DNA of 64,000 nt from Acidobacteriota bacterium (GTDB taxonomy: Bacteria; Acidobacteriota; CAIWXX01). This document shows positions 36,205 through 47,236 of this stretch, piece by piece; the stretch's first letter is position 1; every line of letters begins with the position of its first letter. Under the pieces are notes generated by a model, which saw only the letters and a list, made by a program, of their open reading frames with translations, ran no database searches and was not told where the DNA came from. The stretch covers positions 97,306 through 161,305 of the forward strand of contig JBFMAF010000032.1 of the NCBI GenBank assembly GCA_040755995.1. Reading direction: 5' to 3'. A program made the position numbers and the translations under genes.

Positions 36205-39200
36205 TCATCGCTGCTTGATCTCGATCCTGTCTCCCGCCGAGTACGCCGTGAACTCCGGGGCGTACATGGACTGGAGGGTGGCGGGGGAGACTTTAAAGTG
36301 GCCGGTCATGCTCGCGCGGAGGCGGTACTTGAAGGTGTACTCGCCTTGCGGGAGATTCTCGAAGAAGAAGTTCTCGCCGCTGTCACGCACCTCTTCGTAG
36401 GTCACGATCCCGAGGTCCCACCGGTAGCCTGACTTCAGCGTCACTGGCTCGAAGCCGGCCGGACGCGGGTCGCGCAGGTGGACATATTCGCTGGGATGCT
36501 TTGTCCGGATCGATAGCTGCACCTCCACTTCGTCGCCGACGTGAATCGCGGTCCCTTCCTCCAGTGGGCGGAGCTCGAAGCCCTTGCCCGTGTTCTCACG
36601 CCTGAAATAGCGCCTCGTCACCGAGAAGAAGTCGCCGCGGGCCTCCGCCGGGAGCTCCTCGGTCGAGAAGTGCCATGTTGAAGATGCGAAGGCGAAGCCA
36701 GGAGTGTCCTTCGACACGGTGACGGTCGCGCACTCCTGCGCGTCGATTTTCTCGCCGGGCACTATGAGCTGGTTCTTCTTGCCGGTATAGACGTCGGGCT
36801 CGAACACCCACGTCGTGCTCTGCCCGCAGACGTCCACCGCCACGCGCTCGCGCACTCCCAGCGCGCCGGCGGCGTCGAGGTACCCAGCGAGCGAGTAGAT
36901 TACCTCGGCCGTGGCCCGAGTCGACTTCCAGTGGTTGAGCTTCTTGTTGAGGAAGAGCCACTGGACGAGCCCGTCGGAGCGGGAGTCGTCCGGGCGGAGC
37001 TCGCGGAGCGTCCGCAGCGCAAAGGCGTGCGTCTCGATCGTGTCGTTGTACCAGAGCCAGGCGCGGTCCTCGGGTGCCCAGAATGTGCCTTCGTCCCGCG
37101 TTGTCTTGGACGAGTCCATGACCGAATCGAAGACGAGCTTCGCGTCAGCAGCACGGTTCATCCGATGCAGAGTGAGCGCCAGCTGGCATTTCGAATACGG
37201 CGAGTGCTGCTTCCAGTGCTTGAAGCTGAAGTCGAGCATCTGCTTCCGCTCGGCATCGGTGAAAACGCCTCCGGTCCACGACGTGTCCGGATAGCATGAG
37301 AGAACATAGTTGAGGAAGGTCACGAACTCCCAGCAGCAGTCGTGCGCCATCATCATCTGCACGAGCTCGTCGATGTAGTGCCTGTGCATGTAGCTCCACG
37401 CGCGCACCACCATCTCCTTCGGAACCTCGACGTGGAACTCCAGCCCCTTCGAGAATCCATAGAGCAGGTAGAGCGTCATGTACGGAGACGGCGGGCCGCC
37501 CGGCCACCATGGGAAGGCTCCGATCGAAGTCTGCGCTTTCGCGAGCTTCGCCAGCGCCTCGTCGCGCTGCGCGCGAGCGATGCGCGGGTCGAGCACCTTG
37601 AGAAGGTCCGTCTCGGCCTCCCTGCCGCCCTTCGCCTCCTGCAGCCACGGCGTCTCCTCGAGCCCCATCTTGCGGTTGGGATCGAGTGAATCCCACGTCT
37701 CGAAGCGGGTCTCACGCTTGGACATCTCCAGCGCCATGCGCGCCACCGCGGGGTACTTGGAGAAGAGGCTGGATAGAATCCCGGTCGAGAGGAACCGGTT
37801 CAGCGTCTGCTCGGTGCATTCGTACGGGTAGTTCACTAGATAGGGCAGCGCCGAGAGGACGCCGTAGAAGAGCTGCGCGTCGACGGTGACCACGAGCTGC
37901 TCGTTTATTCGCGTCGGGTCGCCGCCCTTCAGCATGTCCTCGAAGACCATCTCGCGCCGGTCGTTCCCCTTGAGGGTCACGAAGCGCGATTGGGCGAGGT
38001 GCAGGCGCCCGGGCAGCACCGGCAGCGATCGGAGCTCGCCATCGCTGAAATCGCCGGAGACCGCCGTGACCTTGAAGGCCACAGGGCCCACCCGCGTCGG
38101 CGCGACGATCGGGAACGCGACGTTCGATCCGCCGCCCGCCGCCACCGTGAACGCTCTGGTCGAAGACGCGGCGCCCAGCCCAAACAGGACATTCAGGTTC
38201 TGATTGGTCTCGGGGTCGGTGATGTCCAGAGTCACCGCACCCTTCAGGGCCCCCTTCGACGCGTTGTTCACGACAACCTTCAGCTCGGCCCTGTCTCCCT
38301 CGCGCAGGAAGCGCGGCAGGTACGGTCGGACCATCAGGTCCTTCACCGTGCGTGCCTCGCAGTGAATCGACCCGGCCTTGAGATCGTTCGTCACAGCGTG
38401 CACCCAGACGTTCCAGGATGTGATCGAGTCGGGCACGGTGAATTCGAAGGCGGCTGAGCCGTCGGGGTTGGTGATCAGGTGCGGTTGCCAGAAGGCTGTC
38501 TCGGAGAAATCGCTCCTCAGCTCCGGCTGCTGGCCTGCAGGCTCGGCCGGCGTCGGGGCGCTGGTCTTCTTCTCGTCTTTCGCCTGATCCATCTCCAACC
38601 CGTTGGCCGCCACCTTTCCAGACTTCTCCTTGCTGCCAACGGACTGGCGCGCGACTGTAGGTTCTTCGACGGGTGCCGCGCCTGCTACGGCAAACCCCAT
38701 GCCGCGTCTGCCTGGGCCGCCGATCGCGTAGGAGTCGTAGAACCTGAGCGCGTCCGGAATCAGCGGCGGGCAGCTTGAAACGCATGCGAAGCACGAATCT
38801 TGGGCATACACTGGGTTGCCGAACCCAAGACTGGCGCGGCCTGAGACAGCGCCTGCCCGGTTCGGGTAAAGACTCAGCGGATTCGGAGGCGAGTGGGGGG
38901 CGAAAAGGTCGAGGCTCCGGTCGTACATATACGCCAGTAGCTCTGCGGCGGCCGCGCCCGAATTCCCCGGACCCTTCACAACAACCCGCCAGGTCTCCCT
39001 GGCGCGCGGACGCAGCAGGTCTCGGAACGAGGCGAACTGCACAGAGAGCTGCTTGTCGTCCCACGGCACGAACAACGGCTGCGACATCTGAATGAACTGG
39101 TGATCGCGCAGAAGCGTCAGGCGGACGGAGAATCCGCCGCGGTCGTTGCCGTTGACCGGGATCTCGATCAGGGAAGCGTCGCGCCCCGATTGCAGGAAGC

Positions 39201-42200
39201 GCCGTTCCTTCAACTCCCCGCCGCGGTATATCTCGAAGCAATACGCCTGCCCACGAAGTCCGGTATGCGCCAGGAACCGCGCGACGCCGCCCGCGGGTAC
39301 AGTGGATTTCTCCGCGATGAGCACCGCTGGCAGCGCGAGAGGCAGGCTCGACCCGGCCACGATGAACTCCTTCGAGGCCGTGCAGACGACTCCATCGTCA
39401 TCGGTCGTCTGGTACGAGATCCGGTAGGCGCCCGGATCGAGAACCGGCATTCGCACGACGGCGCGGCCGTTCTCGTCATGAGTCACATCGCCCTTCGACT
39501 TCTCATCGCCGTCGGCCCAGGTCCTGAGAACCGCCTCTGGGTTGTACTGGCTATCCCATCTCGGACGCACCAGATCGCCGGGTGTCGTGACCGCCTCGCT
39601 CTCTCCAGGGGCTCGCGTGATGGGCTGGTCGGCCGGCAGGAGCGCGCTCTCGGGCTGGCGTAGAGCGACGATTCTCCAGCGCCCCGATCCGGCGCGAGGG
39701 ACTCCATCCAGGTTCGATCGTGTCACTGTGAGCTCGCCGGGCTCGCCCTCTCGCACAAAGGCCGTCGCCAGATCGATGCGCGCCTGCACTGTAACGAAGC
39801 CCAGCATGAAAGAGCGGCTGGCGGAGCGCGTTTCGCCGCCCTCGTCGGTGACATCGGCTGTGATCGTGTAGCGGTACGTGATCTCTTTCGATACCGCAGC
39901 TTTTCGTTCATCCACCTCGGGCGTGAACGTCATCGTGAATGTTCCGTCCGGCTCCAGCTTTGCGACGCCTGCTGCAACCGTCCGCGCCGCTCTTGCAGAG
40001 CTCCACCACATCCACCACCACGGGTAGACCTCTTCGCGCATGACCCTGTACTTGACGCCGCCGTTGACGACGGGAAGGCCGAAGTAGTACCTGGCTTCGC
40101 CGGTGATCGTGGCGGGCTTGTTGAGACGCACCGCCACCCGGGCTTCCTTCACAGAGACCTCGAAGGTCGGCCGTTTGTATTCCTCGACTCTGATCGCGGC
40201 CAGCCCGGAAGGAGATGCGACGAGCCTCCACTGGCCGAGCAGCCGCCCGGGTGGAACCGGGAACTCGCCCGAGGCGCTCCCGGCCGCCCCCGTCGCCGCC
40301 GTCTTCGAATCGACCTCCTGGTTGTTCGCATCCAGCAGCCTGATGCTGACGGTTCGATTCGGCAGAGTTTCGAAGCGGTCTCCCGTCGCACTTCGGCGAT
40401 ATGCGACGACTTTCCACAAGATCTTCTGGAGCGGCCTGTAGACGGACCGATCTGTGTAGACGAGCGCGGCCTCGGACGCGGAACTCGCCGGGCGCTCGTA
40501 GAGGTACAGGTAGGATGAGTCGAGCGCGATATCGGAGCCGCTCCGGCCGAGCAAGAACAGCGGGCTCCCGTCAGTTCTCCGCACGGCTCGGAAAGAGGCA
40601 ACACCGTCCTTCCCTGTGCGACGCGTCTCCACCGCCAAATGGCCCTTCTGCCAGTCGTAGCGGTAGAGCGTCACGCTGGCCGATTCGACCGGCTGCCCGT
40701 CGGAGCCCCTCAGGGCCATGACTTCAACACCGCCATCAGCGTCGTTTCGCGTGACGAGAACCAGGTCGGTAAGGATGATATTCACGGCCTCGATCTTGTT
40801 TCGCTCTTGACCGAATCCGGGCCGCGCCGATGCGACAATCACGTAGAGGCCGGGATCGGTCATCGGCGGCGTCACGTACGTCTTGTGCTCGCGGTAGTCG
40901 GGAGTCGGGGGAAGCTGCACAGCCCATTCCGCGGCCGTACGACCGGTCTTCAGCAGCTCATCGATTTCCCGCCATTGCGGAAGCAGATTGTAGTCCTTCG
41001 CCGATTCGATGAGCTCTTCGAGATTCATCTTGTAGGCCCGGAAGAACAGGTTCTCGAAGTTCTTGTGGAGCACCAGAACGGACCGCTTTCCGGCCGCGTC
41101 GCTCGACATGCACTGCAGCTGGTACTCGGGCGCAACGATCGATTCGTGAATGCAGAGGCACTGCCGGCCGCCGACGTCGTCCGGATAGGCTTCCATGCCC
41201 TTTCGGGCCTCCGCGTCGGCCCGCACGAGAGCGTCCGGCGCGGTCTCCTCGCGGATGAACTGCGCGAGCACTGCCTGTCCCATGGCCCACCATGGGTACT
41301 TGCGGAAGTCGGGCAGGCGCCCGCGCAGATCGGCCTTGAGGAGCGCGCGATCTTCTTCCTCTGCGAATACCGCGTGCAGGACGCGCAGCCTTTCGAGGCG
41401 CGACTCGAGCGAAGCTTCGCGCCGCCCGGCCAGCGCGTGCCATGATTCGAGATCCGAGAGCACCCAGACGATTTTCACAACCGGGTGCGACGCGCGATCA
41501 GTCAGCAGCGAGTCCGGCTCCGCCGTCGACTCGATCAGCGCCCTCAGATTGAGGCGGTAGACGTCTTGTTTCTGTTCGACAGTCCAGAGGTCTTGCTGGG
41601 AGAGGAGCTGGCTGTAGAGGTAGCCGATCGCATCACGGAACGTGCTCCGAATGCCCTCCGGATAGTTGTTCTGCTGGATGAACTCTGAAAGCGCTCCGAC
41701 CGGCTCCGTCCCGAACTTCGCGCGTTCCTTCCAGACCTCGACGTACGCCTTCTGCGCTTCGTCGAAGATCTGTTCCACCGTCCAGGATTTCAGGTCGACG
41801 ATGCCCTGCGAGACGACCTTCTCGCGCTGGTTGATCTCCCAACCATAGGACTGGTAGTAGCTCACGAGGAGGTGGGCGTAGAAGAGGTTGAGCACGGCGC
41901 GCGACTTGGGTCCCTTCGGCCACGCCTGCTCTTTCAGGAACCGTACGGAAGTCTCGTACTCGTGGAGGCCCGAGCGGAGCTGCACTTCGCGGATGAGGGC
42001 ACGAGTCCAGTTGTCCTCGTCGCCCGATTTCTCCGCGGCGGCCCGGATCTTCTGCACCACCTCGAGCGCCTGCTGGAACTTCTGCTCCGAGATCAGCTTG
42101 TCGGCCTCCTTCCAGTCCACCTTGGCGGGAGTTTCACCAGGAACCGCCCCGCCCGTTGGCTTCGCCTCATCGGGCCTGTCGGCGCGAAGGTACTTGTACC

Positions 42201-42267
42201 CGACCGACAGGCTGCCGGCCACCACCAGCGCAACTGCCATTATCAATCCGGTTCTGGTAACTCTCAT
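36205..42267 (-). CDS. bacterial alpha-2-macroglobulin family protein
   Basis: 2020 aa; YTDRSVYRP, VEEYKRPTFEV, RSDFSETAFW, thioester motif YPYECTEQ, QSMYAPEF. Confidence 0.95.
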   Translation of the reverse strand: MRVTRTGLIMAVALVVAGSLSVGYKYLRADRPDEAKPTGGAVPGETPAKVDWKEADKLISEQKFQQALEVVQKIRAAAEKSGDEDNWTRALIREVQLRSGLHEYETSVRFLKEQAWPKGPKSRAVLNLFYAHLLVSYYQSYGWEINQREKVVSQGIVDLKSWTVEQIFDEAQKAYVEVWKERAKFGTEPVGALSEFIQQNNYPEGIRSTFRDAIGYLYSQLLSQQDLWTVEQKQDVYRLNLRALIESTAEPDSLLTDRASHPVVKIVWVLSDLESWHALAGRREASLESRLERLRVLHAVFAEEEDRALLKADLRGRLPDFRKYPWWAMGQAVLAQFIREETAPDALVRADAEARKGMEAYPDDVGGRQCLCIHESIVAPEYQLQCMSSDAAGKRSVLVLHKNFENLFFRAYKMNLEELIESAKDYNLLPQWREIDELLKTGRTAAEWAVQLPPTPDYREHKTYVTPPMTDPGLYVIVASARPGFGQERNKIEAVNIILTDLVLVTRNDADGGVEVMALRGSDGQPVESASVTLYRYDWQKGHLAVETRRTGKDGVASFRAVRRTDGSPLFLLGRSGSDIALDSSYLYLYERPASSASEAALVYTDRSVYRPLQKILWKVVAYRRSATGDRFETLPNRTVSIRLLDANNQEVDSKTAATGAAGSASGEFPVPPGRLLGQWRLVASPSGLAAIRVEEYKRPTFEVSVKEARVAVRLNKPATITGEARYYFGLPVVNGGVKYRVMREEVYPWWWMWWSSARAARTVAAGVAKLEPDGTFTMTFTPEVDERKAAVSKEITYRYTITADVTDEGGETRSASRSFMLGFVTVQARIDLATAFVREGEPGELTVTRSNLDGVPRAGSGRWRIVALRQPESALLPADQPITRAPGESEAVTTPGDLVRPRWDSQYNPEAVLRTWADGDEKSKGDVTHDENGRAVVRMPVLDPGAYRISYQTTDDDGVVCTASKEFIVAGSSLPLALPAVLIAEKSTVPAGGVARFLAHTGLRGQAYCFEIYRGGELKERRFLQSGRDASLIEIPVNGNDRGGFSVRLTLLRDHQFIQMSQPLFVPWDDKQLSVQFASFRDLLRPRARETWRVVVKGPGNSGAAAAELLAYMYDRSLDLFAPHSPPNPLSLYPNRAGAVSGRASLGFGNPVYAQDSCFACVSSCPPLIPDALRFYDSYAIGGPGRRGMGFAVAGAAPVEEPTVARQSVGSKEKSGKVAANGLEMDQAKDEKKTSAPTPAEPAGQQPELRSDFSETAFWQPHLITNPDGSAAFEFTVPDSITSWNVWVHAVTNDLKAGSIHCEARTVKDLMVRPYLPRFLREGDRAELKVVVNNASKGALKGAVTLDITDPETNQNLNVLFGLGAASSTRAFTVAAGGGSNVAFPIVAPTRVGPVAFKVTAVSGDFSDGELRSLPVLPGRLHLAQSRFVTLKGNDRREMVFEDMLKGGDPTRINEQLVVTVDAQLFYGVLSALPYLVNYPYECTEQTLNRFLSTGILSSLFSKYPAVARMALEMSKRETRFETWDSLDPNRKMGLEETPWLQEAKGGREAETDLLKVLDPRIARAQRDEALAKLAKAQTSIGAFPWWPGGPPSPYMTLYLLYGFSKGLEFHVEVPKEMVVRAWSYMHRHYIDELVQMMMAHDCCWEFVTFLNYVLSCYPDTSWTGGVFTDAERKQMLDFSFKHWKQHSPYSKCQLALTLHRMNRAADAKLVFDSVMDSSKTTRDEGTFWAPEDRAWLWYNDTIETHAFALRTLRELRPDDSRSDGLVQWLFLNKKLNHWKSTRATAEVIYSLAGYLDAAGALGVRERVAVDVCGQSTTWVFEPDVYTGKKNQLIVPGEKIDAQECATVTVSKDTPGFAFASSTWHFSTEELPAEARGDFFSVTRRYFRRENTGKGFELRPLEEGTAIHVGDEVEVQLSIRTKHPSEYVHLRDPRPAGFEPVTLKSGYRWDLGIVTYEEVRDSGENFFFENLPQGEYTFKYRLRASMTGHFKVSPATLQSMYAPEFTAYSAGDRIEIKQR

Positions 42268-42507
42268 GATCGCCTCCTCAAGACTCGTCCAGTCAGCTCA
42301 TCTCGCGTGGTGACCCGGTGCCAGTCCCGCTCCCGCCGGCTCCAGCCGCTCACGTACATCATCCCATCATAACGGAACAACGATCGAAATGGATTCGACG
42401 CTGCTCCTCCTGCGCCGGCATGCGGGCGATGCGGGCGCGCGAGTTTCATCGGTTTGAGGCCACGTTTCCCCGGGCTATAATAAGAGCGTGCAACGCCGGG
42501 ACTGCTC

Positions 42508-43626
42508 ATGAAGCTGAAGAACACCATACTGGGCCTCATCGGCTCCCGGCTCGCGGGCGACCCCTTCTACGCGAGACTCCATGTCACTCACCGTTGCGAC
42601 TACCGTTGTCGCATGTGTGGGCAGCGAGACCGCGTGAAGGACCGCCCGGCGGAGCTTTCTCTCCGTCAACTCGGCCGCGTGGCCGAGCGCCTGGCGGAGC
42701 TTGGGGCGCGACATGTTGTGATCACAGGTGGTGAGCCGTTCATTCGTCCGGACCTCCACAAGCTGGTCGACGTTCTGAATCGGCTGGGCTTCTCGATCCG
42801 CGTCCAGACTAACGGCGGCCCGCTGGTGACGGAGGAGAAGCTGAAGCGCTGCGCGCAGGCCGGGTTGCGGGACTTGAGCGTTTCGATCGACACGCTGGAT
42901 GAAGCGTTGCAGAATTCGATCTGCCAGAGCCGTGACGTGGTGCCGAATGCGCTGAAGACGCTCGGGATGGCCCGCCGCATTCTCTCTCGCGGCATCACTC
43001 AAGCCAATGTTGTAGCATCGCCGCACAACTTCGAGCAGCTCCCTTCGCTCGTTCGCTACTTCCATGAACGAGGGATCTACACGTACATTACACCGGCTAT
43101 GATATCGCCGCCTTCGGCCGATGGAGATGGCTATCTATTCCGAGGCCGTGCCGATGATTTCCGGGGAGAACTGATAGGCTCGGAGCTGCGCGAGCGCGTC
43201 ATCGGCGAGCTGGTGATGATGCGCCGGCGCGGCTATGCGTTGACCAATTCAGCAAGATTCCTCGAAGACTATCGCCGTCATCTGGCGGGGCAGAGCAATG
43301 GTTGGCGCTGTGAAGCCGGGCTCTTGTCACTGGACGTGCTGCCGGATGGGACCGTCGCCATCTGCAAGGAGAAGCATCCATTCGGCCATATCTTGGATGA
43401 CGACTTCATGGTTGCATTTCGCGGCGAGGAGTACCGGAGGCACGCACGCCGGACTGCCGAGTCCTGCGCAGGATGCTTCTACGGCGAATACCGCGAGCCG
43501 CAGTATGTCGTGCACAGTCCTGCCGTGCTGTGGGAGTGGGCCCGCCAGTGGATTCGCAACTACCGGCGCGGGATGCGGTTCAATGAGCGGAAGGAGGCTC
43601 GCAAGCAGCCTGTGGATTCCCGGTGA
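42508..43626 (+). CDS. radical SAM protein with C-terminal twitch/SPASM-like Cys motif
   Basis: CDYRCRMC, ITGGEPF, TNG, SIDT; CEAG...PDG...C...CAGC. Confidence 0.9.
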   Translation: MKLKNTILGLIGSRLAGDPFYARLHVTHRCDYRCRMCGQRDRVKDRPAELSLRQLGRVAERLAELGARHVVITGGEPFIRPDLHKLVDVLNRLGFSIRVQTNGGPLVTEEKLKRCAQAGLRDLSVSIDTLDEALQNSICQSRDVVPNALKTLGMARRILSRGITQANVVASPHNFEQLPSLVRYFHERGIYTYITPAMISPPSADGDGYLFRGRADDFRGELIGSELRERVIGELVMMRRRGYALTNSARFLEDYRRHLAGQSNGWRCEAGLLSLDVLPDGTVAICKEKHPFGHILDDDFMVAFRGEEYRRHARRTAESCAGCFYGEYREPQYVVHSPAVLWEWARQWIRNYRRGMRFNERKEARKQPVDSR

Positions 43627-43748
43627 CTACCCCTCCACCTGGCGCGACGCCTGCAGCCTGTGGATTCCCGGTGACTACCCCTCCACCTGGCGCGACGCCT
43701 GCAGCCTGTGGATTCACGGTGACTACCCCTCCACCTGGCGCGACGCCT
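43605..43748 (+). repeat. 48-bp tandem repeat, three copies
   Basis: GCAGCCTGTGGATTCCCGGTGACTACCCCTCCACCTGGCGCGACGCCT three times, one mismatch in copy 3. Confidence 0.95.
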
Positions 43749-45323
43749 GCAAGCTCAAGTCCCCGCAGCATTCTTCTCATTTCAGTGCTTCTGGCCGCCG
43801 GTTGGTTCGCACTCACGAGAGACGTCGGACTCAATCTGGCCGACGAAGGCTACCTGTGGCACGACATACAGCAGACATTCGAAGGCGGAGTCCCGATTCG
43901 CGACTTCAGAGCATATGACCCTGGGCGCTACTACATGGGGGCCCTGTGGTTCAGCCTCGCAGGACCTGGGATCATGTCGCTTCGGGGATACCTGGCGGCG
44001 ATACAGGCGGTCGGCCTCGCTTTCGGCCTGCTCGCCCTCAAGCGCGTCATCCGTGGACCTCTGCATCTCGCAGCCGTCGGATTCCTCTGCCTCCTATGGA
44101 CGGTCCCGTTGGAGAAGAGATTCGATCACAGCCTGATCATGATGGGTGTGTTCGGAGTCGTATGGCTGATCGAGGCCCCGACGACGGCTCGCCACTTCGC
44201 GATCGGCTTGATGGTCGGGGTCAGCGGGGTGATCGGTCGAAACTACGGTGTCTACATGGCGATCGGGTTTGGATCTCTGATCGCGTTCAGAGCCTTTGCC
44301 GAGGCGCCCCGCAGCGCGGGGAAAGCCGGCCTGGCCTGGGCCGCCGGCATTGTGTCCGGGTACCTGCCGGTCATTCTGATGCTTCTCTACGTGACAGGGT
44401 TCCGGACGAGCTTCGTCGATTCGATTTCCCGGCTAGCCGGCCCTTATTCGCCCGTGAAGTCTCTCCCTGTCCCATGGCCGTGGTCGAGACCACTGCCGTG
44501 GTGGCACGGAGTCTCGGCGAGCGCCTGGCTGCTAGGATGGATGTTCCTTCTTCTTGTCATCCTCCACGTCGCCAACACATACTACGTTCTTCGCTCAGGT
44601 ACGGGAGGGCTACGAAATCGCCCTCTGTGCGCGGCGGCCTGCTTCATCGGGGTTCCAACTCTTTACCAGCTCTTCAGCCGCGCCGATTTCGCCCATCTTA
44701 CGCAGGGGTTCTTTCCGGCGCTGGTCTGCCTGGTCGAGATCCTCGCGCACTCGCGCAACCTCCGAGCCGGTATGGCGCGGTCTGCTCTGCTGGTGACAGC
44801 CGTTCCTTCACTCGCTCTGCTGACTCTCACTCCACTCCTCAACTCCACCGATCTGTCCCTCGCGATCAAGAAGGTAGGCACAGCGCTCGGCCTGCAGGTC
44901 AAGATCAGCAGCTGCCAGATCGATGGCCACAAGCTGTGGCTCAGGCGCAGCCAGGCGGCCTACATTGAGGCCGTAAGGCGATTTTGTGAGCAGAACATAG
45001 CAGAGGGCGAAGGAGTCCTGATCGCGCCCTATCAGCCGGGGCTCTACCAGATCCTCGGCCGAGCTTCGCCCATCTGGGATCCGTACCCGATCCATCTGGC
45101 ATCGGAGCAGGAGCAGAAGGAGATCATTCGCGCACTGGCCGACAAGAGCATCAATTGGGCACTCATCGACGACTCACCGATGGACAGCCTGGATGAGCGG
45201 CGGTTCAGTCGCACTCATGCCCTGGTGTACGAGTACCTGGTGAGTGAGTTCGAGGAGGTTCCATCCGATATCCCGGGGCCGCCGAAGGTGTTCCACAGGC
45301 GCAGGGATCGGAATGCGAGCTAG
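43623..45323 (+). CDS. polytopic membrane protein, GT-C glycosyltransferase-like
   Basis: DEG motif after TM1, GGVPIRDF..YDPGRYY, many TM helices, periplasmic C-terminal domain. Confidence 0.7.
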   Translation: MTTPPPGATPAACGFPVTTPPPGATPAACGFTVTTPPPGATPASSSPRSILLISVLLAAGWFALTRDVGLNLADEGYLWHDIQQTFEGGVPIRDFRAYDPGRYYMGALWFSLAGPGIMSLRGYLAAIQAVGLAFGLLALKRVIRGPLHLAAVGFLCLLWTVPLEKRFDHSLIMMGVFGVVWLIEAPTTARHFAIGLMVGVSGVIGRNYGVYMAIGFGSLIAFRAFAEAPRSAGKAGLAWAAGIVSGYLPVILMLLYVTGFRTSFVDSISRLAGPYSPVKSLPVPWPWSRPLPWWHGVSASAWLLGWMFLLLVILHVANTYYVLRSGTGGLRNRPLCAAACFIGVPTLYQLFSRADFAHLTQGFFPALVCLVEILAHSRNLRAGMARSALLVTAVPSLALLTLTPLLNSTDLSLAIKKVGTALGLQVKISSCQIDGHKLWLRRSQAAYIEAVRRFCEQNIAEGEGVLIAPYQPGLYQILGRASPIWDPYPIHLASEQEQKEIIRALADKSINWALIDDSPMDSLDERRFSRTHALVYEYLVSEFEEVPSDIPGPPKVFHRRRDRNAS

Positions 45324-46507
45324 TTGCCCTGTTCCGAGCCGACGCAGCGCCTCAGGATCTCGCTGACGGCAGATGCAATCGCTATCGCCACAGTCCGATC
45401 CCCCTCCTCCGAGATGTGCACGGGATCTATGAAAACCGTGCGGGCTTCATCGTGGAAGATCGCAGACAGATCGAGGCACTGGCCGGACGGACCCAGTGCG
45501 GCCTGGCGCTCGCGGAGGCCGAGCAGCACTCGGTTCGTGAGCGTCGCCAGGGATCGATTGACAATCAGCGTTTTCTCCCAATCGGAAAGGACGAGCTTCT
45601 GGGAAAAATCCGGCTGCCAGACGATCAGCACGGAGACTCCGTGTGCCCGCGCGACTGACTGCGCCGCGCGCATGTTCGCACAATAGTCCCGGACGACGTC
45701 GGCTGCCAGCGGTTCCACGCGGGAATCCGGCAGCCACTGCTGCGAACTACCCGGGCTGCTGTACAGCCTGTCTCGAATGCCTCGCGCCAGATGGAACAGG
45801 GCGGTCTTCTCGATAAACCCCCGGCGCCAATTCAACTGGTCGTACAGCTGAAACTCGGCAATGCGATGGCTCTCATTCTGAGGGATGCCCGCGACTCTGC
45901 TCTGGTAGGCGGAGAAGACGTCGTTGTACGCTCCGTAGAAGACCGCGAGATCAGGAGGCGCCTGGCCGCGCAGCTCGAGCTCGAACGTCAGCAGATCCTG
46001 AGTGGAGACGTAGCCGGTCTCTCCATAGTTGACGACGCGAACCGGCATGCCGCGCGCGTGCATCTCTCTGGACAGTTCTGAAGGGATCGTGAAATCGTCC
46101 CTCGCGCCGGTGCCCCAGAGTGTCGAGCCGCCGAACATCCAGATCAGAGCCCGCGGATGCGACTCAGCAGGCGCCCACGTCCTGCGAATGCCACGGTCGT
46201 CTATGTTGATAAATGCGCCAGCCTGCGGCGTTCGCCTGTAATAGACATAGGATTTCCATGAAACGGTCTCCGTCCGCTTGAACTCATCCCAATACTGATA
46301 GGCCCACGATTCCCCCTTGTAGACGTCGGATTCTGCGCGGGGGTCGAGCTCTTGGCCGGGCTTGTGGTGTTTCCAGGCGTATCTGACCCGCAGTCCTCCT
46401 TCCAACAACAGAACGGCGCAGAGCGTGAGCCCAATGACTCGCCATCCGGTGTCGAGTGCCCGAGCCGCCACCGAGAGCGTGCGCCGAGCTGTCCCGCCGA
46501 TCCCCAT
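45320..46507 (-). CDS. SGNH/GDSL hydrolase family protein
   Basis: MFGGSTLWG, G-x-Y-N-D, WQP, DPVHISEEG; N-terminal TM. Confidence 0.85.
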   Translation of the reverse strand: MGIGGTARRTLSVAARALDTGWRVIGLTLCAVLLLEGGLRVRYAWKHHKPGQELDPRAESDVYKGESWAYQYWDEFKRTETVSWKSYVYYRRTPQAGAFINIDDRGIRRTWAPAESHPRALIWMFGGSTLWGTGARDDFTIPSELSREMHARGMPVRVVNYGETGYVSTQDLLTFELELRGQAPPDLAVFYGAYNDVFSAYQSRVAGIPQNESHRIAEFQLYDQLNWRRGFIEKTALFHLARGIRDRLYSSPGSSQQWLPDSRVEPLAADVVRDYCANMRAAQSVARAHGVSVLIVWQPDFSQKLVLSDWEKTLIVNRSLATLTNRVLLGLRERQAALGPSGQCLDLSAIFHDEARTVFIDPVHISEEGDRTVAIAIASAVSEILRRCVGSEQGN

Positions 46508-46672
46508 GCGATTTGCTCCTGACAGTCCCACTTCGAAGCGACCGTGCGATTCTACGCCATTGAGCGGCCGCCCTGCGAGTCGTGATCGCCGCAGGCACGC
46601 GGGGACCATTCAACGCGACTCATGTCTTGCTGTCCGGCGGCAGGTGCCACTCGTCTCCCGTCGGTCCGGGCG

Positions 46673-47236
46673 TCACTTCATCCCGAGTGGTTTGCCCTGC
46701 CGGAGGATCGAGAGTGCCTCGGAGAGCCTCCGTGACCTGGTCTCCGCTCTCTTGGCGGCATCGACCCAACGGATGTACAGACTTCGCTGAGATGGCGAGA
46801 GCTTCTTGAAGTTTTCCAGGGCCTTCGCGTCGCCCCTCAGCGCGTCCCGAATGTATCGTGGCATTGCGACTTCGCCCGCGCGAGGTCTGGGCGCCGGTTG
46901 GACGGCCTCGCGAAACCGAACGAGCCCGGCCTCCCGCATCCTTCCTTCGGCGACAAGCCTCTCCGCCTTCTTGATGTTCACGGCGCTCCAGCTGCTGCCC
47001 TGCCTCCGTGGCGTGAACCTCTGGATGTAGCGATCGTCGTCGAGGCGTCTGAGGATTCCGTCGATCCAACCAAAGCACAGCGCCTCGTCCAGCGCCTCGG
47101 CGTATCTGAACGTGTTCTTACCGGTATGCTTCTTGTAGAACACGAGCCAGACCTCGCGCTCATTCTCGTGGTTTCGTTCGAGCCACCGCCTCCAATCGGA
47201 GGCCCGGGTGAATTCAAGTGTGTTCTTCGTGATCAC
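46673..47236 (-). CDS. YdeI/OmpD-associated family protein
   Basis: WRRWL..NH, EALCFGWIDG, FTPRR..S.WS..N, AKRAETR.RRL. Confidence 0.9.
   Translation of the reverse strand: MITKNTLEFTRASDWRRWLERNHENEREVWLVFYKKHTGKNTFRYAEALDEALCFGWIDGILRRLDDDRYIQRFTPRRQGSSWSAVNIKKAERLVAEGRMREAGLVRFREAVQPAPRPRAGEVAMPRYIRDALRGDAKALENFKKLSPSQRSLYIRWVDAAKRAETRSRRLSEALSILRQGKPLGMK

Noticed and set aside
36205..42267. Alpha-2-macroglobulin as a novel system
   Set aside because: Well-known family with an intact CxEQ thioester; absence of an adjacent pbpC alone is not remarkable
43605..43748. 48-bp repeats as a CRISPR array
   Set aside because: The copies are head to tail with no spacers, and there are no cas genes
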